Positions 1 to 12,579 of a stretch of 64,000 nucleotides of DNA are shown here, in pieces; position 1 is the first letter of the stretch; each line of letters begins with the position of its first letter. The stretch covers positions 367,258 to 431,257 of the forward strand of contig NW_014577082.1 in assembly GCF_000485595.1 (NCBI RefSeq), given 5' to 3'. The DNA is from Priapulus caudatus. Its lineage: Eukaryota. The translations under genes were made by a program, and so were the position numbers. Below the pieces are notes generated by a model. The model saw nothing but the letters and a program-made list of their open reading frames with translations. It ran no database searches and was not told the origin of the DNA.

Positions 1-15
1 TGTTTTATTCTGTCT

Positions 16-18
16 CTA

Positions 19-91
<73 letters not shown>

Positions 92-142
92 GCTCCTCTC
101 TCTCTCTCTCTCTCTCCTCTCTCATCTCCTTTCTCTCTCAGA

Positions 143-207
<65 letters not shown>

Positions 208-238
208 TCTCTTCTCTCCTGGCTGTCTCTCTCTCTCT

Positions 239-280
<42 letters not shown>

Positions 281-284
281 CTCT

Positions 285-346
<62 letters not shown>

Positions 347-376
347 CTCTGCTGCTCTCTTCTTCTCTCTCTCTAT

Positions 377-409
<33 letters not shown>

Positions 410-453
410 GTCTCGTCTCTCTCTCTCTCTCTCTCTCTCTCGTTCTCTCTCTC

Positions 454-538
<85 letters not shown>

Positions 539-560
539 GCTCTCTCTCACTCTCTCTCTA
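16..560. repeat. (CT)n/(GA)n microsatellite
   Basis: Nearly pure CT dinucleotide run with sporadic interruptions. The ER-repeat ORFs in the track are by-products. Confidence 0.97.
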
Positions 561-648
561 TCTCTGCCCCACGTCAGTAGAAGGAAACCATCTAGGTGTT
601 GGCATTTCCTCTCTCTGTCTCCCTCCCTCTCTCTCTCTCCGCCACACG

Positions 649-1689
649 TCAGTAGAAGGAGCCGATGTATGCGACGGCGGCAGTGTCGTCTCCGTACGGC
701 AGCGACATCGCGCGCCAGTAGTCGCGGTTGTAGCAGACGACGTCACCGGCGCGCAGCACGAGCTGCAGTGTCCTGCACGCGTGCTCGCACGCCGCGCACG
801 GAAGCAGCGCGACGCGGCGCTCCCCGGCCAGCTGCGCGAGCCACGCGTTGCTGAACTCCGGCCGCGGCAGCTCGTACGCGTCGCCGCGGCGACCGTCGAC
901 GACGACAAACTTCTCGAGCGACACCTCGGTCGCGTTCGGCACAAAGTAGAATCGCGGGAGTCGCGAGCGCAGCGCCCGCGTCGCCCCGACGCTGCGCAGC
1001 CGCCACTCGGCGTGCAGGCCCGCGGGCACGCCGGCGCCCCCTGTCCGCAGGAGGAGGTCGTCGACGGTCGCGACGGCGGCGGGGTCCGACGAGGAGAAGT
1101 GCGCGGTGCCACGGGCGAGCGCGTCGTGGTGCTCGCGGTAGAGGGCGCCGAGGTCGTCGACGGATACGGCGCCGGCGAGCGCGTCCTGCATGACGAAGGG
1201 GGCGCCACGCTGCGCGTACAGCTGCGTGAAGTTCGTGAAGCCGGTGAGGTCGAGCACCTGCAGCGCCCCCTGGCAGGGCCAGCAGTCGACGGGCGGCTCG
1301 CGCAGCAGCGGGTTGTCGAGCAGGCAGCGGCGGTCGTAGAGCGCGCTGACAGAGGGCGCCGCGCGCACGAGCGGCAGCGCGAGTAGCCGCAGCCGCCGCA
1401 TGACGGGGTAGGCGACGCCGCGCGCGTGACGCGACACGAGGCGCTGGCCCGTCTCCGTCCCGCAGATGACGATCGCCGCGGTGATGATGACAGCGACGCA
1501 CAGCGCCGCGAGCGTGCCCCACCGGCGCCCCCTACGCCCGCGCGCGTCGTCGGTGCGTTCGGCGAGCGCGGCGTCGACGCACCGGTTTATCTCGTCGTCG
1601 GTGAGACCCCACGACGTGCCGAGGTCACGAAGGTCGCGCGCTTGCCGTGCCGCTTCCTCGTACAGCCGCGCGCGCGTGTCCGTCGCCAT
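649..1689 (-). CDS. Intronless C6orf89 (bombesin receptor-activated protein)-like protein, 346 aa; N-terminal TM segment and cupin-like C-terminal half
   Basis: ATG in GCC-like context (AACATGG) through TGA, with strong GC3 bias. Hydrophobic segment LAALCVAVIITAAIVICG, then CLLDNP...DCWPC and a WLAQLAGERRVALLPC...LRAGDV stretch resembling C6orf89-family cupin-like proteins (recalled similarity). Confidence 0.75.
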   Translation of the reverse strand: MATDTRARLYEEAARQARDLRDLGTSWGLTDDEINRCVDAALAERTDDARGRRGRRWGTLAALCVAVIITAAIVICGTETGQRLVSRHARGVAYPVMRRLRLLALPLVRAAPSVSALYDRRCLLDNPLLREPPVDCWPCQGALQVLDLTGFTNFTQLYAQRGAPFVMQDALAGAVSVDDLGALYREHHDALARGTAHFSSSDPAAVATVDDLLLRTGGAGVPAGLHAEWRLRSVGATRALRSRLPRFYFVPNATEVSLEKFVVVDGRRGDAYELPRPEFSNAWLAQLAGERRVALLPCAACEHACRTLQLVLRAGDVVCYNRDYWRAMSLPYGDDTAAVAYIGSFY

Positions 1690-2838
1690 GTTTGGTATGT
1701 CGGCACGACGACGGTGTCTGTGGCACCTGCCCCTAGGAGCGGGTATCCAACGGCTGTGTCTCCGTTAATTTATTCTTTCCGAGCGTGTTCATAGTCAATG
1801 CGATGTATTCGTATGCGACGTGGGCAGACAGCTGGCTTCGTGTCCTAGTTGCGAACTTCCTGCGTAGTCGTCTGCAAAACAAACGTTCATTATCGTTATG
1901 ACTTCCATGTGGACAACAGTTTTGTTTGTTTGTTTTTATTCGTGGCCTGCAGTGGTGAGTCTAGGCCCTTGTCAAAATTGTATATTCATTATTGTGCTCT
2001 GGCCACCAGCAGTTTCTCGTGGTATCCTTCATTACATGGTAATGTTATAACAAATATAGGGCCGAGATTTGGAATAGAAGAAAAATAACAAAGACAGAAA
2101 AACTCGAAAAGCAGGTGTTGCCCTAGCTGTGCAGCTTTTCACAAGTTGAGAAAGATAGATGTAGTCATATCTATCTCTATGTAATGCTACCTGAATTTAT
2201 CCTGAGAGTAGTGATCTGATGTGGAAAATGTGTGGGAACCATATAACATGATTTCACGCGTGTAAACATGTGAGTGACAGAATTCGTCCTGTAATCTGCA
2301 CGTAGAAACTCCGGCATTATAGTAAGCCTACATTATACATGTAACCACATCTAGTGATCCTGCGTGTTTGTTCGGTTTGATCCGGATCCTAATCCGGATT
2401 ATAAATTGCTGGCCCTGCTGAGGCAAGGGAGGTTCGAAGAGGATTCAATATGACGGCATGCAACTCAGCCAATCACTCCTTCTTGTTAGTTACGAACCAT
2501 TCTGGGCTCAATCCTAGTTTAGCACATATTCGGACAATATATACCGGGGTCCCAACCTAGTACCCCCCCCCCTCCTATTAATTGAGCAACCATTATGTGA
2601 TAAGTCACAGCGACAGGGGATCTATGTATTGGAGGCGAGTTTGCATTTGTTTGGGCAGATCAGGGTCAAGTGATCATGATCAGATAGATGTGTCCCAAGC
2701 AAACATGTTTTTGTTGTTTTTGTTCTCCTTTCTTTATCAGTCGCTATCAGTTTCTGTTCTCTATCTTTCTGTGAGTTTATGCACAGTGGCATTATTAGCC
2801 TGACGAGGCTGTGCGACTGATTGTCTATACAAAGTGAT

Positions 2839-3466
2839 GCTGAGAGGGTCTATGTCCCCCAGGGTACTGCCGGAACGTACCCTGGTACTATCTAATATGC
2901 CGGACCGTACCTCGCCTACTCCACTAACGAGTGTAGGGAGTCGTCTACGCCTATTCCCTAACCCTAACCCTAACCCTAACCATATCAGATAGTTACCAGG
3001 GTACGTTCCGGTATACCGGACCGTACCCAGGGTACGTCCCGGCAGTTTCACACACACAAAAAACCGCGATGCTAATCGCGATGGAAATACCGAGATAATT
3101 GTGTCGTTGTTCACACAGGCGGAAATATCTCGCTAATCGCCGAGCGGGATAATTCTATTAATTGAACTGCGCATGCTCACTGCCGGATGTTGATACGATC
3201 GCTTGGAATGATGGGATAGAAAATACCGGGATTATTTGCGTGAGCGTTCACACACACGCCGCGGTGCAATTAATCGCGCTAATTCCAAATAATCGCAGTC
3301 AAAAGTGCGATTTGCAGCACGATGCTGATCGTGATACTTAGTGAGATTTTTGCGTTCATACTTGTAAAAATCTCGGTATTTCGATCGCGATGCAAAAACC
3401 GAGATTTTGCATCCATCTAATTCCCGCCAGTGTGAACGCGCCTATTGAGTCATAGACCCTATGAGC
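2839..3466. mobile_element. MULE-like MITE with internal CCCTAA repeats and a nested or partial Harbinger-like element (about 3048-3442)
   Basis: Ends GCTGAGAGGGTCTATG...CATAGACCCTATGAGC, flanked by the 9-bp direct repeat CAAAGTGAT (2830-2838, 3467-3475). Same family as 13250-13479 and about 27375-27615. Confidence 0.8.
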
Positions 3467-3815
3467 CAAAGTGATACAAGTAGATAGTACAAAGTATACA
3501 AAGTGTTGTAGTATACAAACAAAGTATACAAGTATACAAAGTATACAAACAGTTGTAATACAAAGTGATTAGCAAGACCGTTTATTGGAGCTACAGTGGC
3601 ATGTGAGGTGAGGAATGTGTGCCAGCGGAGCATTTGAACAGCATTTGCGTGGCATTTTAGGCAATAAGAGAGTACATAGACATTCTTTAAGACATTGGGT
3701 AGTAAATACTGTTTGTGTGTATTTAGGAATCATTTAGTTATTGAAACGGCACAAGTGCCGGTGGCTGCCAGCATAGCCTACTGCTATTATCTATCGCTGT
3801 AGCTAGGGGTACGGC

Positions 3816-3996
3816 CACAGGCACTTGAAGCGTATCAACTGTAAACACACGCCGCCGCCATTGCGCGTACACTTACACATAAATATATAGTACCTATATA
3901 TAACCTATATATAAGTATAACCTATATATTTATGTGTCAGTGTACGCGCAATGGCGGCGGCGTGTGTTTACAGTTGATACGCTTCAAGTGCCTGTG
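3816..3996. mobile_element. Short hairpin MITE with 8-bp TSD (P- or hAT-like)
   Basis: Near-perfect inverted arms of about 60 bp (CACAGGCACTTGAAGCG...CGCTTCAAGTGCCTGTG). TSD GGTACGGC on both sides. Confidence 0.85.
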
Positions 3997-4920
3997 GGTA
4001 CGGCAGCCGTATCTTAATGTGTCGAGGCTGGAGGTACGGCAGTCCAAAAAGGGGCTTCAACGAACGACGGCTGCCGTACCTCCAGCCACTGCGATTATCC
4101 TATTCTCCTTGAAGTTGAACCCTCTATGCTGCCAGTAACGTACTTCTGCCAGTAACGTACTTCTGCTACAGTGCACGTAATTTCGTGTTAACGTACTACT
4201 TTCAGTCCACTGCATTAGTCATAAGCGTTACAATACATTATGTGGTATACGCTAAACTCATCCTTTACTATACCTTTCGCTCACGAATTCGCACGATCCA
4301 TCTCACAAAGGCAACAACTTTAGAGGAACGGCCAAGCCATTGAAATTGGTGGTGCAGCTTATGCGTACAGTATCGTTCACGGGGCGCGGAAAGGGGTATT
4401 CATTCACGCATTAGACCAGACTCAACCAACCGTGAATTCTCGTGACCTCGTTTTGTGCACTGCCTGCCCTCTATTGGGAGATAAATTTATAAATGTGAAA
4501 CACAGGCAGGCAAGAGCAAGGGATAGCTATCATACATTTATACTTTTACATTGCTGTTACACGTCGTGTACTTGCGTATTGTATGAGCATTACATATTCA
4601 CTTATTACATGTACGCTTCTACTTTTCGCTCTTCTGTACGCTTGTAGTTACAGAGCCTTATGTTAATATAAATGTACACATTTTTATTGTGTGTATGGAT
4701 AATCATCTTATTACAGGCATAGGTGACGGTGTGGCTATTATGAAAACTAATGAGAGACATCATTTATTATTATTGGATTTTTGCATATATTTCTTATCAT
4801 ACCTGTAGTTGGTATGTACGTATTGTGTGTGAATGTCTCATGATAACATATCGTTATTTGCCCACCTCGTTTGCATAGACTCTATTCAGTACGAAGGCAT
4901 TGATGATTTTGTAGAAGTAG

Positions 4921-5172
<252 letters not shown>

Positions 5173-6365
5173 CCGGCCCAACAGCATGGTGTCTAGCCCT
5201 GCACATGCTAGTATTGCACGACTCGATCGAACAGCAAAGAATGTTAGGCTAGTACTTGAGTTATTCCCTTTCTTCTTATTTTTCTGGATTAGTATTATTG
5301 CACTTGTTAAAGCTGCTAGGGCCATATTTTCAGCCTAGCCTAATAATCTTTTGTAAAACCGTGCAGAGATGAAGAGATGTGACATTTTGAGCTGTTCAAC
5401 TCGCTTGTGACTGTAACTCTTGTGCGGACCTGTTATTGTGGAAGTAATGACAATAGTACAAACCACAGAATCGAAGCACTGTTATTTAGAATGTAGGTTA
5501 AAGTAAAGTGTGCTGGATACATGTCTACTATTACCTGGCAGTTCTTTTATTCGTGTCTACTATACAGTTTTACGTTACATGTACAGTTACATCTATTGCC
5601 ACTAGAATATGAAACAGGGACAAATAAAAAACCATATAGTTTGATGTGGGTCTTCTCAGACTACTTGTTCACATGATTTTCCAATGAGCAAGGTGATATG
5701 TTGATTGATGTTTCATAAGCAATGACTAGTTTTCTAGTGTGTTTCAGTGATTTCGCACAGATCAAATTTTGTTCTTGTGTTTGCACTTGATATAAGCAGT
5801 CACCCATTTACGTCGTAAATTGCTTCCCCATACCTATGAACATTGGTAGCAGTTGAATTAGATATATGGTAACCTTGGGGGCCTGTGGAGCCATGTATAG
5901 TACTCACGTGTATAATAATGACAAATTTTAGACTGTGCACATGTCAACAAATGAAGGTCATAATACAAGTTGTCCAGTTGTTTTCGAGTAAGACTATCAT
6001 TGTTATTTTTTGCTGAGGGGGGATCTAAACGTCTTTGTACTTTCGAAGTGTATTGAAAATGCATTAGCGAAATTCGCAAGTATTCAATTGAAAGGTCTCA
6101 ATTTTATACGAATTATATAATTCATGTGACGTAATATTTTATATTTAACATATCTGCTATAGATATTTGGTATTAAAACGTAATAGCTTTGCTATTAGAA
6201 ACCAATTATGTTTCAAAATGTTTAATTGTCTGTCATTGTATAATGCTATGGTTATGATCATGTAGTCACAATTTTTCCATTGTGTTGTTCTAATAAACAT
6301 AAAAAAATAATTCATACATACCAATTAATTGCATCTTTCTATTTAAATATATAGATAGATATGAG

Positions 6366-7083
6366 CAAGAGCGTATAAAGAAGGAGAGCGTACAACGGTG
6401 AAATGCTGAAACCATGTTGCAGTATTAGTCGAATTAATAAACTTTCCCCGTTTTATTTTGTCGATTCCTTGCGGTATTATTGATCAGCTGTCCTACCTTG
6501 TTAATATAAAACAAACCGCATGTCACTACGATGCCCCTACGCTGAGATAATGAGCGGTGAAAAGCTGGTATTTTCGCCAAAAACCGACTCGAGATCACTG
6601 TTTACTGTGACTGTCTCGCTTTGAGATAACTTCGGGAAACCTTGCGCGTTTCCGTCAATGATTGACAAATGGAATGAACGACGTCTGTTATTGATTGCCA
6701 TAGTGATGACCCCCACCTGTGCCCACCTCATGCTGGATGTATAGTAAACTCAACTCTGTAGTACTGATGTGAGTCAGCGCTACCATGGCGCTACACAGCG
6801 GCGACTGGAAGCAATACACTGGGCACAAAGCGAGAGAGGGTCGCATTAAACAGTGATCTCGTCGGTTTTCGGCGAAAATACCAGATTTTCACCGCTCATT
6901 ATCTCAGCGTAGGAGCATCGTAGGGACAAGCGGTTTGTTTTATATTAGCAAGGTAGGACAGCTGTTCAATAATACTGCAACGAATCATCAAAATAAAACG
7001 GGCAAAGTTTCTTAATTCGACTAATACTGCAACATGGTTTCAGCATTTCACCGTTGTACGCTCTCCTTCTTTATACGCTCTTG
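6366..7083. mobile_element. Foldback MITE with about 240-bp TIRs and 7-bp TSD (P superfamily, Galileo-like)
   Basis: CAAGAGCGTATAAAGAAGG...CCTTCTTTATACGCTCTTG. Arms run about 6366-6605 and 6848-7083, and ATATGAG is duplicated on both flanks. Confidence 0.85.
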
Positions 7084-7423
7084 ATATGAGTATACCATCT
7101 ATAAATATATGCTGTCTCATTTGCTTATGAGATGCAATGTAAACAGATATCAAATATGGTAACATGCTGAAAAGTAATGCTTTTAGAAAGAAATTTAATA
7201 TATGAAATACATAATATTGGGGAAATTCATTCGTGCAGCAATATAGCTCAGAATCAAAACATTATTTAAAATCGTAATAAAATATTTTATATCGTATATT
7301 GTAGCATTTTACAATGACGTTATTGACATACAATGGTTACAGTGGTATTATTGTCATTGCATAACTGCATATGTACAAAATTGGACTGAACAGAATCGAG
7401 AGACGCCAGAAACAATATGAATG

Positions 7424-10400
7424 TTACTCGTCGTCAGCTTTGTCGTCCATTAATCCTGCAAAGAAGTCGCTACCTGCACCTTGAAGGTTTTTCAACTTCT
7501 GCCCTTTCCTTGCCTTTTTTGTGTGGTCAACGGTCTCGCTCCTAATGTGCTCCGTGTCCCAGAACTTTATTTTTTCGTCGTGTCCACAGCTGGCAATCAT
7601 TGAGCCATCTCTGGACAACCGTATGTGGTCTATAGGAAAATCTTCATGCTCACCAACTACACCCAGCATTCTGTTGGGCATTACATGCACTCCCCTGGAA
7701 GAGCATTACACGGTTATCAAACACCTCTTAATAGTGCTAAGTCTTGCTTTAGAATTTTCATCGTTTTTTATTTGTTGCAGAAAATGTCAATGGCTTTTAA
7801 TTTCGTTCATGGGATTAATAAATGCAAAAATCTTGGCGATTCATCACACAAACTATTTTAATAACTGTAAACAAATTTGGTTGATCTCTTGGAAACAGTA
7901 ATGTAACATTGCATGTGCTCAAATGAAACAATTCAACAGTAGTACGTTATTACATTGAGTTATTACATCACAAACAATACAAAGTTCTTACCTTACTTTG
8001 CCATCCATAGAACCTGTACAGATTATGTTGTCTGTGATGGGACATATTGTGTCTATTGAGTCTGGATGTCCAGGAAATCTATCAGAGATGTTTCCCCACT
8101 CTCCCCAATTAAAGAAGTTCAGTACACCTTCCCCATTCCCACACACAACTTTCTTTCCTTTCTGAAAATGAAAATATGCGAACAGTTCATTTTCTCACTT
8201 AACACATTCCTACTGCATATAGTAACAAAACATGTTTAGTACAACCGAATAGAAAGCCTGTTATATACCTATTAACTACAGTTTACAAGCCAAAGTGTAT
8301 AGAGTGTATACCATTATAATATCATCAGGTATCATATATATTGTAATCAAAGACAATACACAGAACCATTGTTATAGTAGGGTATAGGAAGGACTCACAT
8401 CAACTATTGCTACAGAGAGAAACTCAGAGTCCATTAACTCTGACTGTAAAATCATCTTCTTGCTTCTTACGCTGTATGCCGTCAAGGTGCCTTCACCACT
8501 GCAAAAAGCACAACAAATTACTGAAGCAGTTAGCCTCTCGGAAACCGTTTACGAATATTAAATTATTAAATATAATATTCTGCAAATCAGTGACCAAATT
8601 ATTACGTGAGATCCATTATTTAAACAGGACCCTCTTATGTATTCCCAAAGCTGTGACACTTCTTCTGGATAGTTTATTATAATGTAAAACCAGTTGCTTA
8701 TACCGTTCATTGGAAAACTATAGGGGAACCTCATTACTATAATACATGGATATTTACTATACAAATTCCAAATAGAAACTTTCATGTTGTATCATATCTC
8801 TTGCACACTAGTCTTCACACTGCATGCATCATTACCTTGTGGCAACCAAAGTTCTTTTATTGCTATCAATGGCCATATCGCTAATGAACTCCTCTGATTC
8901 TTTCCACTCTACTATTGGTGTCCACCGCCGGTAGTCCCACACCTAAAATTTACAATCAATATAATTATACTATGGTGTATTTCCATTAAGCATTTGGCAA
9001 GAAATTGTATACCATCTGCACTGCTACCAGTGCTACAGTTACAATTACGATAGTACTTAATTAACAAAACAGATAATGATTTAAATAACAATCCACTTCA
9101 TTGCCAATGAAGCACGAACCTTTTGTAATTACGCACCAATATCAATGACATATAGTTGGGATAACTATACACTGAATCTTATATTACATTTTTTATTTCT
9201 TTGAGATTAGTTTAAAATGACATTTCAGCTTCTGAGTTTGGATTTTACCTTGAGATTTCCATCATCATCACCTGTAGCCAGTAAGTAGTCATCTATAACA
9301 GCCATGCTGTACACAGGAGCACTGCAACAAACAAACCACACACACAAACATTTAGACAGCAAGCAGAAAGAAATACAAACTTATGTCAGCTATCATCATT
9401 GACCTACCTAAAGCTTTCTTAGCTAACCACATAAACTGCATGTACCAACTACTATTAATGATACTGTGCAAAAAGATTTCATTTAAGAAATAGACTCCCA
9501 GGGTCCAGTTTTCAATTGCAAGATGTATGTCTGTGTTCACAGACATATGCATAATTCTTCATGTTTATTACCAACAACTAATATTTAAGCCTGACTTTGA
9601 TTGAGGTACATGTTCATACTTGTGTGCATTTTTTTGTCTATGTGTTACAGTGCCAGTTTCCATATCAACACTGCATATAGATTTGTCCTTCGCTGTGGTG
9701 AAAAGCTGACTGCTATCACGAGAAAACTTGACACATCTACAGGCTTTCTTGTGGTGTGTGAACGTCATCAACTGGTTATTGCCTTCCTTGCTCCTCGAAA
9801 ACGAGCGTCTGAAAAAAACAATAGTTCCTTTCAATAACTGTTAAAAATGTGAAAATAACTCACAATGCAAACCAATCGTACACTCTATCACTATTCATTA
9901 TACTTCTTCCAAGTTCCACACCTCATCACTATTCTCATTTAGGACTGACTTCAAGTCATTAATAGCAGTAGTATATGGTCAATGGCTTCTGAACGATTTT
10001 GTTCTGCAGTCACAATGCAAACTTCACCAGGCTTTTATCCAGGTTTATGAAGAATTGCCCAGCCTACAGATATTGGTTGAAATGTACTATACGATATGGC
10101 GAATGTAATATATCGCTTTGATAACACTTAGAGAAACCATCTTTGTAGTTTAATACATTATATGTATCAACACTTCAAGAATAAAAAAGTTTTGTTCAAG
10201 AATAAATTGTTGACCAACTTTAGCAGCTGATATGCACTGAGTGGGATTGTATTGTACTGCCACCTAGTGGAGAATAAGCCCATATTTGATTACACTTGAA
10301 AATGGAAAAACTTACACAGCTATATCACCCTCAATTAGACCAGCAGCAAGAATGTCTTTTTCTGTGTGAAAACTAAAGTCCACCACAATACTATCAAACG

Positions 10401-10464
10401 TGGCCTCTGGAGGAACAGTAAAGTTCTTTTCCGGTCCACTCTCTTCCCCAACTGCATTGGCCAT
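7424..10464 (-). CDS. WDR55: WD repeat-containing protein 55, 7 coding exons, 352 aa
   Basis: GT-AG exons with consistent phases: 10316-10464, 9620-9808, 9249-9321, 8836-8942, 8399-8498, 7992-8161, 7424-7694. Peptides HHKKACRCVKFS, LLATGDDDGNLKVWD, FNWGEWGNISDRFPGHP, VVGEHEDFPI and the C-terminal DFFAGL are typical of WDR55. A 5'UTR intron acceptor lies at about 10488. Confidence 0.93.
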
Positions 10465-10537
10465 TGTTCTTTAATTTGACTTCAAATCTGTAAATAGAAT
10501 ACGATGGTATAAAATATTTAAACATACAAAATGTTAA

Positions 10538-11212
10538 AAGAATAATAGGTACATTGATTATGCAATGTTGACAAATGCTAGAGTAACTGGCACCTTGTGT
10601 AGTTAATAAGTACATTACCTTATAGCCAAACGCGTATTAGTTTGTCGAATATCAGTGCTGGTTACTAAGAAATGTCTAATTGAAATCCGCAGTCCAAAAA
10701 TCAGTTGTTTACAGTTTCAAACCGCTGTCGGCAAAGCGGGTGTGATACAGATTTATAGTGCACCGGACATTTTCGCACGCATGCTCGACCGTATGCAATG
10801 CTATCATCAGTGATTTAGTAAACATGGATGCTCGTGATAAGGAACTTTTTGTCAGGGCTGTCCACGTGCGTCTGTGATTAGTATGTGTGTTTTACTGTAT
10901 TTCCATGTTTAGTCCGTGGCCGTGGTTACACGGTTACACCGCTGACACCTCTGTTTCATCTGGCGTCCAAAACATACGGGCCGCACAAATGTTTACATCA
11001 TCGCTTGACTCCTGGACGACATTGATGGCACGTAAATGATACGTTGATACATATCAATAACCGATTTCAAGTCTTGTTTGAAATGTAACCAGCAGTAATA
11101 TTAGACAAACTAATACGCGTTTGGCTATAAGGTAATGCACTTATTAACTACACAAGGTGCCAGTTAATCTAGCATTCGTCAACATTGTATAATCAATGGA
11201 CCTATTATTCCT
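10538..11212. mobile_element. MITE with TTAA TSD and long TIRs (Kolobok-like) in the WDR55 5'UTR intron
   Basis: TTAA|AAGAATAATAGGT...ACCTATTATTCCT|TTAA with more than 130 bp of inverted similarity. Confidence 0.8.
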
Positions 11213-11818
11213 TTAATATGTTAACATGTTTTCACAAGTTTTTCAAAAACTCAATTACTTCAGCAGTTAGTATTAGCAAGATTAACTTGCATATCTTACT
11301 GCATGTATAAAAGACATTCTAGCCATTGAATTCTTACATTTCACACTTGAACGTAATTTGACTCGTCTAACCGCAGAGCAACTATCAGCATGCATGGTCA
11401 TGATGCACTTATTTTACAGCCATTATACTGGAGAAATAAAGGTGGAGGCAGAAGAGAACAAGATGCATGGATTTGCAGAAAATGTAGGTTGGGGGAGGCA
11501 TGTTCAACCTCAAATACTGTTGTCTGCCAATTGATCAACAATTTTTTTTCTGAGAGCTTTTGTAGGTGCCACCAACAGTTGTGAGATTTCTTTGTAATAT
11601 TAACATTTTGGTGTCAATGCCAATGGTATAAATTTGTTCCATGTACGTATCCAAATTCAGTAAGATAGCGAAAGTCCTGTCACTGGACTAGACATTTCAG
11701 TACGGAATTATGTACGCTCATATCACATGCAGTCTTACAAGTTACATCTCAATCATTCCCTGATCCCACGCCGTGTAACTAGTCGGAGAGCCTGGTCGGT
11801 TTAACTACAACACTGACC

Positions 11819-11843
11819 GTAGTAGTAGTAGTAGTAGTACTAC

Positions 11844-11917
<74 letters not shown>

Positions 11918-11995
11918 CTACTAGTAGTAGTAGTAGTAGGCCTATACTACCACTACCAGTATTAGTAGTAGTATAGTACCAAGTACTACTACTAC
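11819..11995. repeat. (AGT)n microsatellite
   Basis: Long GTA/AGT triplet run with short inverted ACT interruptions. Confidence 0.95.
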
Positions 11996-12239
11996 TGAGT
12001 ACTAGGCCCTATCAGACAGTAGCCGTAGGCCTATCACTCATTCACTGTTACTGTATCACTGTGACTATCACTATGGTTCAAGGAATGAATAGAGAACATG
12101 GGTCCCATTGAGACCTATGTCATTGCCACTGAAAAGGCTTACAAACACAGCTACAATGAGTTCGACGTCTATATAAATAATTAAAAATGTAATTCAATTG
12201 TAACAAATGCTTACAAAGACAAGTGTAGAAATTGGTCCT

Positions 12240-12579
12240 TGCTAATCATAAATCGACAGAAACGATGGAAATCCATGCACAGCCATGCTGACAATCGGAA
12301 AACCCATTCGACTCTTCCCGTCATGCCTAGAAAACAGTTCTGCGCTATTCTCTGAATCTATTCTCTGAATGGTCCGAGGGTACCCGAATGCCATGCTGAG
12401 ACAACACTGATTTTCATTGGATAGCAAGGAAATTACGTCATGTGTGTAGTAATGTATAATATATAGAGGGCGACACCTTATTACTTTCTCAATGTTTTTA
12501 TTTGCTCCGCTAATACTAATATTCGATATTATCTCGTTTCTATGTAAAACTGAAAGCTGGGAAACTGACAGCGATTAAC
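12240..12579. promoter_or_regulatory. Probable bidirectional promoter between WDR55 (-) and the PGAP2-like gene (+)
   Basis: Head-to-head genes. ATTGG (CCAAT box) at about 12416 and CRE-like TTACGTCA at 12433-12440. A candidate WDR55 non-coding exon donor (GTAAG on -) lies at about 12210-12214. Confidence 0.5.

Noticed and set aside
16..550. ER-repeat ORFs
   Set aside because: Translations of the (CT)n microsatellite.
558..1794. Several long overlapping ORFs in other frames and on the + strand
   Set aside because: Stop-poor shadows of the GC-rich 649-1689 gene; Arg/Ala-rich with no recognisable domain.
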